This document shows positions 24,343-32,000 of a stretch of 32,000 nucleotides of DNA, one piece after another. The notes under the pieces were generated by a model. That model worked only from the letters and a program-made list of their open reading frames with translations. It was not told the DNA's origin and made no database searches. This DNA comes from Candidatus Arthromitus sp. SFB-rat-Yit. Its GTDB lineage: Bacteria; Bacillota; Clostridia; Clostridiales; Clostridiaceae. Made by a program: the position numbers and the translations under genes. The stretch is from NCBI RefSeq assembly GCF_000283555.1, contig NC_016012.1, positions 1,230,001 to 1,262,000 of the forward strand, given 5' to 3'. Position 1 is the first letter of the stretch, and every line of letters starts with the position of its first letter.

Positions 24343-26499
24343 CTAAATTTTCATAGTCAAAGAAATTCTATTCCTCTCTTTATCTATATCAAGTACCTTA
24401 ACATTTACAATTTCACCTAATTTTACCACATCCAATGGATGTTTTACAAATTTATTAGATAGCTGAGATTTATGAACTAGTCCATCTTGATGAACTCCAA
24501 TATCTACAAAGGCTCCAAAATCAGAAATATTTCTAATTGTGCCAACAAGTATCATTCCCTCTTTTAAATCATCTATACTTAAAACTCCTTTTTTAAATAT
24601 AGGTTCTGGTAAATCTTCCCTCGGATCTCTCGCAGGTTTTTTGAGTTCTTTTATAATATCCCTAAGTGTAATCTCTCCAATTCCTAAAATTTCAGATATC
24701 TCAAAAATATTTTGATTTTTAAACTTATCATCTAAATCATGTATCTTTCCTCTATATTTTAAATCTTCTATATCTAAATTAAACATACTCAAAAGTTTCT
24801 TTGTAGCATCATAGCTTTCAGGGTGAACCGACGTATTATCAAGTCCATTTTCTCCATCACTTATCCTTAAAAATCCAACGCACTGTTCATAAGCCTTATT
24901 TCCTAAACGCTTTACCTTCAAAAGATCTGATCTTTTTTTAAATTTACCATTTTCTTCTCTATATTTTACAATATTCTCTGCAATAGAAGCATTTATTCCA
25001 GATATATACGATAATATAGATGGCGTAGCCATATTTAAATCCACTCCAACTGAATTTACACAATCCTCTATAACAGTTTTAAGAGAATCTTCTAATTTCT
25101 TACCATTTATATCATGTTGGTACTGTCCAACACCTATTGATTTAGGGTCTATTTTAACAAGTTCAACTAAAGGATCCTGCAATCTCCTTCCTATAGAAAT
25201 TGCGCCCCTTATAGTAACATCTAAATTAGGATACTCTTTACTTGCAAGTTCAGATGCTGAATAAACAGACGCTCCTGCTTCAGATACTATAACATATGAT
25301 AAATCCACATTTTTCTCTACTTTAACCTCATCTATAATCTCACCTACAATTTCTTCAGTTTCACGACTTGCTGTTCCATTTCCCAATGAAATCAAAGTAA
25401 CATTATATTTATAAATTAAATCTATCAAAATTTTCTTACTTTCATCAACTTTTTTAACAGGTTCGTTTGGATATATCGTAGTCGAATCCATATACTTTCC
25501 CGTATCACTTAATATACAAACTTTACAACCAGTACGGAATCCTGGATCAATAGCCATAACAACCTTACCTTTTATCGGTGGTTGCATAAGTAATGCCTTT
25601 AAATTTTCTTTAAATATAATAATTGCTCCGTCTTCTGCAACTAAGCTTAAATCCTTTCTAATTTCTCTAATAATCGAAGGTAATATAAGCCTTTTTAGGG
25701 AGTCATTTATAGATTCTAATATTAATTCATTATTTTTCTTATTATTAACCCCAATTTTAGAAAATATCATATCTATTATTTCATTTTCCCCAAATGATAT
25801 CTTTACTTTTAAGATTCCTTCTTTTTCCCCTCTATTTATAGCAAGTACCCTATAGGAGGGTATAATTTTCACCTTTTCTCTATAATCATAATAATCTTCA
25901 TATTGTGTTCTCTTATCACTTTCTCCACAAGTTTCAATAATACCATTTTCAAATACATAGTTACGTATAAATTTTCTAAAATTTGCATCATCTGAAATTA
26001 TCTCAGATATTATATCCTTCGCTCCATCCAATGCATCTTGTCCACTTTTAATTCCAAATTCTTCGTTTATAAATTTTTCACTCTCCTCTAAAATATCACC
26101 ACTAAAATCTTTATTTAAGATAATTTCTGCTAAAGGTTTTAATCCCTTTTCCTCAGCAATAATTGCACGCGTTCTTTTCTTTGGTTTAAACGGTCTATAT
26201 ATATCCTCTATCTCCACTAATGTATTTGAGCTTAAAATGCTATTTCTAATTTCATCTGTTAATTTTCCTTGTTCATCAATTAAACGTATAATATTTTCTT
26301 TCTTTTCCTCGAGATTTCTCAAATAATTAAGCCTAACCTCAAATTTTCTTAATACAACATCATCAAGAGAACCTGTAGCTTCCTTCCTATATCTACTTAT
26401 AAATGGAACCGTATTACCTTCATCTAATAAATTAATTACATTATCAACATATTTTTTATCAATCAAAAATTCACTAGATAAAACTTTAGAAATATCCAT
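24343..26499 (-). CDS. tex: Tex transcription accessory protein (YqgF/HhH/S1 domains)
   Basis: 718 aa. N-terminal VPFISRYRKEATG, a central AIDPGFRTGCK (YqgF/RuvC-like) motif, and a C-terminal S1 domain GTIRNISDFGAFVDIGVHQDGLVHKSQL. Confidence 0.9.
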   Translation of the reverse strand: MDISKVLSSEFLIDKKYVDNVINLLDEGNTVPFISRYRKEATGSLDDVVLRKFEVRLNYLRNLEEKKENIIRLIDEQGKLTDEIRNSILSSNTLVEIEDIYRPFKPKKRTRAIIAEEKGLKPLAEIILNKDFSGDILEESEKFINEEFGIKSGQDALDGAKDIISEIISDDANFRKFIRNYVFENGIIETCGESDKRTQYEDYYDYREKVKIIPSYRVLAINRGEKEGILKVKISFGENEIIDMIFSKIGVNNKKNNELILESINDSLKRLILPSIIREIRKDLSLVAEDGAIIIFKENLKALLMQPPIKGKVVMAIDPGFRTGCKVCILSDTGKYMDSTTIYPNEPVKKVDESKKILIDLIYKYNVTLISLGNGTASRETEEIVGEIIDEVKVEKNVDLSYVIVSEAGASVYSASELASKEYPNLDVTIRGAISIGRRLQDPLVELVKIDPKSIGVGQYQHDINGKKLEDSLKTVIEDCVNSVGVDLNMATPSILSYISGINASIAENIVKYREENGKFKKRSDLLKVKRLGNKAYEQCVGFLRISDGENGLDNTSVHPESYDATKKLLSMFNLDIEDLKYRGKIHDLDDKFKNQNIFEISEILGIGEITLRDIIKELKKPARDPREDLPEPIFKKGVLSIDDLKEGMILVGTIRNISDFGAFVDIGVHQDGLVHKSQLSNKFVKHPLDVVKLGEIVNVKVLDIDKERNRISLTMKI

Positions 26500-26537
26500 A
26501 TTAATTCCTCCTGTTGTAACAAATTCACTTTTTAATT

Positions 26538-27639
26538 TTAATAAACTCCTCTTATATAATTTTTTATAAACATATCAATATCCCCATTAAGCACCTTATT
26601 TATATCCGATGTTTCAATATTCATCCTATGATCCTTAACAAGTGTATACGGATGCATAACATAAGATCTTATTTGACTTCCAAACCCAATTTCTTTTAAA
26701 TCCCCAGATAAATCATCAAGCTTCTCTTTATGACTTCTATCCTTAAGTTCAATCAGTTTAGATATCATAATTTTCATCGCAGTTTCCTTATTTGATAATT
26801 GACTCCTCTCATTTTGACATTGAACAACTATACCTGTTTTTAAATGAGTTATTCTAACTGCAGATTCTGTTTTATTAACATGTTGTCCACCAGCCCCACT
26901 AGCTCTATATGTATCAATTTTAAGTTCACTCTCATTTATCTTAATTTCTTCTAAATTCTGTATCTCAGGTAAAATTTCAACAGAAGCAAACGATGTCTGT
27001 CTTTTCCCATTAGCATTAAAAGGAGAAATTCTAACAAGTCTGTGTATACCTTTCTCCCCTTTTAAATATCCATAGGCATATTCACCTTCAATTTTTATCG
27101 TAGCACTCTTTATACCAGCTTCATCGCCTATACTATAATCAATAACACTTAACGCAAATTTGTTTTCCTCTCCCCATCTCATATACATACGAAATAACAT
27201 ATCGCTCCAATCCTGAGCATCAACACCACCAGCACCAGCATGAATAGTTAAAAAAACATTATTCTTATCATATTCACCATTTAAAAGAGTTTTAATATTA
27301 AGAGTATCTATAACATTTTTAAATTTATAAAAATCATCCTTAAACATCTGTATATACTCTTCATCACTCTCATCCTTTATAATTTCTAATGACTCCACTA
27401 AATACTCATAATCTTTATATAATTTATCTACTTCATCTATTTTATCTTTTAAACTCTTAGCAAGCTTAACTATTTTAGTACTGTTTTCAATATCATCCCA
27501 AAATTTACTATCCTCCATCATAATCGAATACTCTTCAAATTTCTTATTTAGCCTATCTAAGTCAAAGAAACCCCCTTATAAGATCAAAATTCTCTTTTAT
27601 CTCTTTAAGTCTATCTTTAAAATATTGATAATCAAACAT
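26538..27639 (-). CDS. prfB: Peptide chain release factor 2, with programmed +1 ribosomal frameshift
   Basis: ORF1 starts at ATG 27639 and encodes MFDYQYFKDRLKEIKENFDLIRGFL, ending at an in-frame TGA (27564-27562) within AGG GGG TTT CTT TGA C. A +1 shift at CTT_T continues DLDRLNKKFEEYSIMMEDSKFW... into the 327-aa ORF. That ORF carries the SPF tripeptide (RISPFNA) and GGQ (GAGGQHVNKTESAVR). Confidence 0.92.
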
Positions 27640-27662
27640 AATCTTCTCCTTTGTATATAAAA

Positions 27663-27680
27663 AGCTGCTAAAAAGCAGCT
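27663..27680 (-). terminator. Intercistronic hairpin between secA and prfB (possible partial terminator or processing site)
   Basis: On the minus strand AGCUGCU-UUUU-AGCAGCU forms a 7-bp stem followed by UUUUAU, about 20 nt upstream of the prfB RBS AGGAGA. Confidence 0.35.
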
Positions 27681-27690
27681 AAAATAAAAT

Positions 27691-30192
27691 TTAAAGATTT
27701 TTCCCGCAACAAGATTTATATTTCTTTCCACTTCCACAAGTACAAATATCATTTCTTCCAACCCTAGAATTTTTCCTAACAGGCTTTGATTTGACATCAG
27801 AAGAAATTTCATTCGTACCTGTTTCCATTGCGACTCTTTCTCTCTTAGGAGTTTTATCCTCTCTAACATGCATCAAGTACTTAATAGTATCTAATTTTAT
27901 ATTCATTATCATTTCCTCAAACATAGCACTACCTTCATACTGATATGCTTGAATCGGATCTTGTTGTTTATACGCTCTAAGACCTATACCCTGTTTTAAA
28001 TGATCCATATTATTTATATGATCCATCCACTTAAGGTCAACAACTCTAAGTAATATTACTCTTTCAACTTCACGTAGCTGTTTTTCCCCAAACTCTTCCT
28101 CTTTTTTTGCATATATCTTCTTAGCTATAGATATATACTTATCCGTTATTTCTTTTATATTTAAATCTTCAAGCATTTCACGTTTAATCAATCCAACAGG
28201 AACATACAACATTTCCATATACTCTATAAGTTTATTTAAATCACTATCCTCTGAATCAGATCCAACTAAATGTAAATTAACTTCATACGAAACTACATCT
28301 TCAATCATAGAAATTATCTGTTCTTTTAAGTTCTCACCTTCAAGTACTCTAGAACGCTGAGAATATATTATCTCCCTTTGCTTATTTATAACATCATCAT
28401 ATCCTATTAGAGATTTTCTAACATCAAAGTTATTACCTTCAACATTTTTTTGAGCATTTTCAATAGCTTTAGATACAAATTTACTCTCAATTGCATCATC
28501 ATCTGAAAGACCAAGTCTATCTACAACAACTTTCAATCTATCAGATCCAAATATTCTCATTAAATCATCATCTAAACTTATATAAAATCTAGAACTACCT
28601 GGATCTCCTTGCCTACCTGCTCTTCCCTTCATCTGACCATCAACACGACGAGACTCAGCTCTTTCAGTTCCAATGATTTTAAGACCTCCAGCCTCTGGAA
28701 CACCTTTTCCAAGCTTTATATCAGTACCTCTTCCCGCCATATTTGTCGCAACCGTTATCATTCCCGCCTGACCAGCTTGAGCTACAATTTCTGCCTCTTT
28801 TTCATGTGACTTTGCTGTTAAAAGCTGATGCTTCATTCCTCTTCTTCTTAATTCATCTGACATATTTTCAGCTTTAGAAATACTAGGCGTAACAACTAAA
28901 ACAGGTTGACCTTTTAAATTACTTTCCTCAATGTCTTTTATTATAGCCTTTATTTTACCACTTTCAGTTTTAAATACTTTATCTGAATAATCAACCCTCT
29001 TAATCGGTTTATTCGTTGGAACAACTACAATATCTAAGCTATATATTTCTCTAAATTCATTTTCCTCAGTTGCTGCAGTACCTGTCATACCACTTAATTT
29101 TTTATACATTCTAAATAAATTCTGATAAGAAATAGTTGCAAGTGTTTTTGATTCTTTCTCAACTTTTACACCCTCTTTAGCCTCTATAGCCTGATGTAAT
29201 CCATCTCCATATCTCCTTCCTTCCATTACCCTACCAGTATTATCATCAATTATTTCAACTTTTCCGTTTACAACAATATAATCTTTATCCCTCTTCATAG
29301 CATAATTAGCTCTCAAAGATTGTGAAACATGATGTTGTATACTCATATTTTGTGGGTCTGCGTAATTATCAACCTTAAAAAAAGTTTCAGCCTTCTTAAC
29401 ACCATCTTCAGTTAAAATTACAGAATTTGTTTTCTCATCTTTCTTATAATCATCTTCGTTAAGAGTTTTTGAAAAATAATCAGCTATTCTATAAAAATCC
29501 GTAGACTTATCTGCAGCACCAGATATTATTAAAGGAGTTCTAGCATCATCTATAAGAACGGAATCTATCTCGTCTATAATTACAAAATTTAACCCCCTCT
29601 GAACTCTTTCCTCCTTAAATATAACCATATTATCTCTTAAATAATCAAATCCAAATTCATTATTCGTTCCATATGTAATATCACACGCATAAGCTTCCTT
29701 TCTTTGTTGAGATGTAATCCCATGAACTATCGGTGCGACACTAACACCTAAAAAATCATATATAGGTTTATTTATTTCACAGTCCCTTTGTGCTAAATAA
29801 TCATTAACAGTTATTATATGAACCCCATCTCCTGATATAGAGTTCAGATATGCAGGTGGTGCTGAAACCAAAGTCTTACCTTCCCCAGTTTTCATTTCTG
29901 CAATTCTTCCTTGGTGTAATATAATTCCACCAATCAACTGAACATCATAATGCCTTTTACCTAAAACTCTTCTTGAAACTTCTCTTATTACCGCAAAAGC
30001 CTCTGGTAACATTTTATCAAGAGATTCACCTTTTTTATATCTCTTCTTAAATTCATCAGTCTTACCCTTTAACTCATCATCTGATAAATTTTGTACCGTT
30101 GCCTCTAAAGAATTAATTTTTTTTATTATCTTATTTATTTGTTTTAACTCTTTATCGCTATATGTTCCAAATATTTTTGTTAATAATCCCAT
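27691..30192 (-). CDS. secA: Preprotein translocase ATPase SecA
   Basis: 833 aa. Walker [14 protein letters not shown]-like box [21 protein letters not shown], and the C-terminal zinc-binding tail [14 protein letters not shown]. Confidence 0.95.
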   Translation of the reverse strand: MGLLTKIFGTYSDKELKQINKIIKKINSLEATVQNLSDDELKGKTDEFKKRYKKGESLDKMLPEAFAVIREVSRRVLGKRHYDVQLIGGIILHQGRIAEMKTGEGKTLVSAPPAYLNSISGDGVHIITVNDYLAQRDCEINKPIYDFLGVSVAPIVHGITSQQRKEAYACDITYGTNNEFGFDYLRDNMVIFKEERVQRGLNFVIIDEIDSVLIDDARTPLIISGAADKSTDFYRIADYFSKTLNEDDYKKDEKTNSVILTEDGVKKAETFFKVDNYADPQNMSIQHHVSQSLRANYAMKRDKDYIVVNGKVEIIDDNTGRVMEGRRYGDGLHQAIEAKEGVKVEKESKTLATISYQNLFRMYKKLSGMTGTAATEENEFREIYSLDIVVVPTNKPIKRVDYSDKVFKTESGKIKAIIKDIEESNLKGQPVLVVTPSISKAENMSDELRRRGMKHQLLTAKSHEKEAEIVAQAGQAGMITVATNMAGRGTDIKLGKGVPEAGGLKIIGTERAESRRVDGQMKGRAGRQGDPGSSRFYISLDDDLMRIFGSDRLKVVVDRLGLSDDDAIESKFVSKAIENAQKNVEGNNFDVRKSLIGYDDVINKQREIIYSQRSRVLEGENLKEQIISMIEDVVSYEVNLHLVGSDSEDSDLNKLIEYMEMLYVPVGLIKREMLEDLNIKEITDKYISIAKKIYAKKEEEFGEKQLREVERVILLRVVDLKWMDHINNMDHLKQGIGLRAYKQQDPIQAYQYEGSAMFEEMIMNIKLDTIKYLMHVREDKTPKRERVAMETGTNEISSDVKSKPVRKNSRVGRNDICTCGSGKKYKSCCGKNL

Positions 30193-30298
30193 TAATTTTC
30201 ATCCTCACACTATACTAACACTTATAATTATATTATCTTAATTTTATATTAAAATTAAACATATAATTTATTTTTTATTCTATATACACTTAATAAAT

Positions 30299-30330
30299 AG
30301 GTTAAGGTGTTCAAATGAACACCTTAACCT
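30299..30330 (-). terminator. Terminator after hpf
   Basis: AGGTTAAGGTGTTC (30299-30312) pairs with GAACACCTTAACCT (30317-30330), a 14-bp stem. The minus-strand tail is AUUUAUUA. Confidence 0.7.
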
Positions 30331-30333
30331 ATA

Positions 30334-30867
30334 TTAATATTCTGCTTCTATAAGTCCATAATTACCAGACCTTCTTCTATATAACACATTAACATCATTT
30401 GTCTCTGCGTTTATAAAAACATAAAAATCATGTCCAATAAGTTCCATTTGAAGTATAGCTTCATCTCTATACATAGGTTTAATTGGAAATTTCTTAACCT
30501 TTACAATAACATCATCTTCTAAATCATCATTTTCTATATTGTCAAATAATATATCTAAACTTCTTGCATCCTTATTACTATATTTTTTAACAAGCTTAGT
30601 CTTTTGTCTACGAATTTGCTTATATAATTTATCTACAACTAAATCTATAGCAACATACAAATCACTATTTCTTTCCTGAGCTCTTAAATATGTACCATTA
30701 AATAAAATACCAACTTCTATTACTTGATCATTCTTCTCAACACTCAAAGTAACTTGAGCTTCTAATTCTCTTGAAAAATAGTTATCTAATTTAGATAACT
30801 TTTTATTTATAATGTCTTCTAATGCATGAGTAATCTCTATATTCTTACCATGAGTAACAATTTTCAT
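30334..30867 (-). CDS. hpf: Ribosome hibernation promoting factor, long form (RaiA/YfiA family)
   Basis: MKIVTHGKNIEITHALEDIINKKLSKLDNYF is the typical S30AE N-terminal domain. The C-terminal dimerisation domain reads PMYRDEAILQMELIGHDFYVFINAETNDVNVLYRRRSGNYGLIE. I prefer the ATG at 30867. Confidence 0.9.
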   Translation of the reverse strand: MKIVTHGKNIEITHALEDIINKKLSKLDNYFSRELEAQVTLSVEKNDQVIEVGILFNGTYLRAQERNSDLYVAIDLVVDKLYKQIRRQKTKLVKKYSNKDARSLDILFDNIENDDLEDDVIVKVKKFPIKPMYRDEAILQMELIGHDFYVFINAETNDVNVLYRRRSGNYGLIEAEY

Positions 30868-30896
30868 TAACCTCAAGCCCCTTATTAATTAAACTA

Positions 30897-31099
30897 AAGC
30901 TAGTTGACCTGGTCTTTTACCCCACACTCGCCTGCTGGAGATTTCGCTAATAAAAATTAATTCCTCACTACTAACCCTCTCATACCTAAATGGCAGGTCT
31001 TACTTCTAAGCCGCACCATGATAATTAAAAATCTATTTTTAATTTACGTGGATCGTTTCGCCTGCGACTGGCATCGATTTTCAACCACAAACCTAGCTT
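30897..31099 (-). ncRNA. raiA-motif structured noncoding RNA (candidate)
   Basis: A ~203-nt block is visibly far more G+C-rich than its flanks. It sits on the hpf strand in the comFC-hpf gap, the reported hallmark location of the raiA motif. It is closed by AAGCUAG (31099-31093) pairing with CUAGCUU (30903-30897), extended by GUUGA/UCAAC. Internal hairpins include AAUUAAAAA-UAGA-UUUUUAAUU and ACCU-GCCAUUU-AGGU. GCAGGCGA occurs twice. Confidence 0.65.
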
Positions 31100-31109
31100 C
31101 AATACTATT

Positions 31110-31769
31110 TTAAATTAAAGTTTTCGCAATTGTCAATACACTTAAATCCGTTTCAAATACACTTTTTTTAATAATTCTACAAACCTCATTTAAAGTATTG
31201 TAAGTTGTTGCTACATCATCTATAATCAGAACTTTTTTACCATTAAATTTGTTTAAATCTACACCCTTATTTATAAAAAACTTATCTTTTATATTAACAG
31301 ATCTTCCATATATATCCAATTTCTTTTGATCACACTTTTTACCATTGCAATATAAAAGCTTTACATAAGGAATATTCAAACTTTCACTAAGTTTTTTAAC
31401 TAAATAATAACTTTGATCAAACCCCTCTTTTTTAATCTTATTTTTATCCCTAGGAACATACGTTAAATAATCTATCTTGATATCTAACTTTTTAATATAA
31501 AAATTTAAAATACTACTTAAATACTCACCAGATCTAAAATCTTTATATATTTTAAAATTATATATTATATTTTTTATAGTCCCGAAATAATAACACGCAT
31601 TATATGCCTTAAAATCTTTAAATTCAAATTTATTTAAATCTTCATTAAATTTAATATCCCGCATACATTCATGACAAATAAAATTATCACCTATCTTTTC
31701 ATAACAACTAACACATAAATTTAAGCTAGGATAAATTAAATCTAATATTTTTTCACTCCACTTTCCCAA
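31110..31769 (-). CDS. comFC: Competence protein ComFC (phosphoribosyltransferase-like)
   Basis: N-terminal CxxC...CxxC (CVSCYEK...CHEC) and the PRT-type motif KVLIIDDVATTYNT. The TTG start is uncertain because it overlaps the upstream ORF by 28 nt and has no well-spaced RBS. Confidence 0.8.
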   Translation of the reverse strand: MGKWSEKILDLIYPSLNLCVSCYEKIGDNFICHECMRDIKFNEDLNKFEFKDFKAYNACYYFGTIKNIIYNFKIYKDFRSGEYLSSILNFYIKKLDIKIDYLTYVPRDKNKIKKEGFDQSYYLVKKLSESLNIPYVKLLYCNGKKCDQKKLDIYGRSVNIKDKFFINKGVDLNKFNGKKVLIIDDVATTYNTLNEVCRIIKKSVFETDLSVLTIAKTLI

Positions 31770-32000
31770 AGCTTTTTGTTATAACTCCTTGAAATTACTT
31801 TTGCCATAATTATTTCTATATTTTCATAATTAGATACAAAAATTATCTCATTTTTACAATCTGTTAAAAATTTACACATACCGCATATGCTAAGCAAGCT
31901 TTTATAATTAAACTTATTACTTGATGCAAAAAACACAAGTATATTAAAATTATTATACATAGGATTATCAATTATAAAATTATATAACTTGGGCAATTGA
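31742..32000 (-). CDS. 3' end of a comFA-like (SF2 helicase) gene, truncated by the window edge
   Basis: The frame is open to position 32000. Its position upstream of comFC, and spacing similarity of NILVFFASS...SLLSICGMCKF...NEIIFV to the helicase motif VI region and C-terminus of ComFA, support the call. Only about 85 aa are visible. Confidence 0.35.
   Translation of the reverse strand, partial: QLPKLYNFIIDNPMYNNFNILVFFASSNKFNYKSLLSICGMCKFLTDCKNEIIFVSNYENIEIIMAKVISRSYNKKLWESGVKKY

Noticed and set aside
101-28809. Short ORFs in the track that lie antisense inside longer genes: 101-382, 2401-2610, 6827-7027, 7592-7828, 9690-9989, 16928-17113, 17525-17728, 17879-18112, 18224-18418, 21156-21374, 22704-22979, 27597-27869 and 28609-28809.
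   Set aside because: Each is fully embedded in, or overlaps, a long ORF with clear homology or motifs. None has a convincing RBS. Their low-complexity products are what AT-rich antisense frames typically give. The 27597-27869 ORF is explained by the secA 3' end plus the prfB frameshift region.
1-32000. Searched for CRISPR arrays, IS elements, integrases, phage genes and long direct or inverted DNA repeats.
   Set aside because: I saw no regularly spaced direct repeats and no transposase, integrase or recombinase-like ORFs. The similarity among the surface-protein genes is at the protein-module level only, not at the DNA-repeat level.

Overview
Very AT-rich (roughly a quarter G+C by eye, not computed) Firmicutes/Clostridia-type chromosomal window. 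I saw no CRISPR array, transposase, integrase, prophage or rRNA.

The right half (16.3-32 kb) is mostly conserved housekeeping. On the minus strand it runs: a comFA-like 3' fragment, comFC, a structured ~200-nt RNA that I read as the raiA motif, hpf, secA, prfB, tex and an ECF S-component. prfB has the classical programmed +1 frameshift and is therefore split in the ORF track. This half also holds tsaE-tsaB-rimI (plus strand), a single tRNA-Trp(CCA), a NodB deacetylase with a D-Ala-D-Ala carboxypeptidase, a 157-aa orphan, and an unlisted 43-aa four-Cys ORF.

The left half is accessory-looking and is the most interesting part. Three paralogous exported proteins (721, 374 and 974 aa) share FN3-like modules and end in DUF4214-type repeats. 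None carries a cell-wall anchor I can recognise. They sit next to a lone rmlB and a GT2-TPR glycosyltransferase, and I propose this as a candidate uncharacterised surface-layer/glycoprotein system.

That locus is interrupted by a nucleobase-salvage block (ade, codB-codA). The codBA leader carries a PyrR-type binding loop, antiterminator and terminator.

Other oddities are a Rad50/SbcC/YhaN-like protein with no Walker A or H-loop His and a transmembrane hairpin at the coiled-coil apex, and a divergent LspA-family protein whose gene overlaps a CPA2 antiporter gene.

All domain calls come from motif recognition by eye. No HMM, BLAST or covariance-model search was run.
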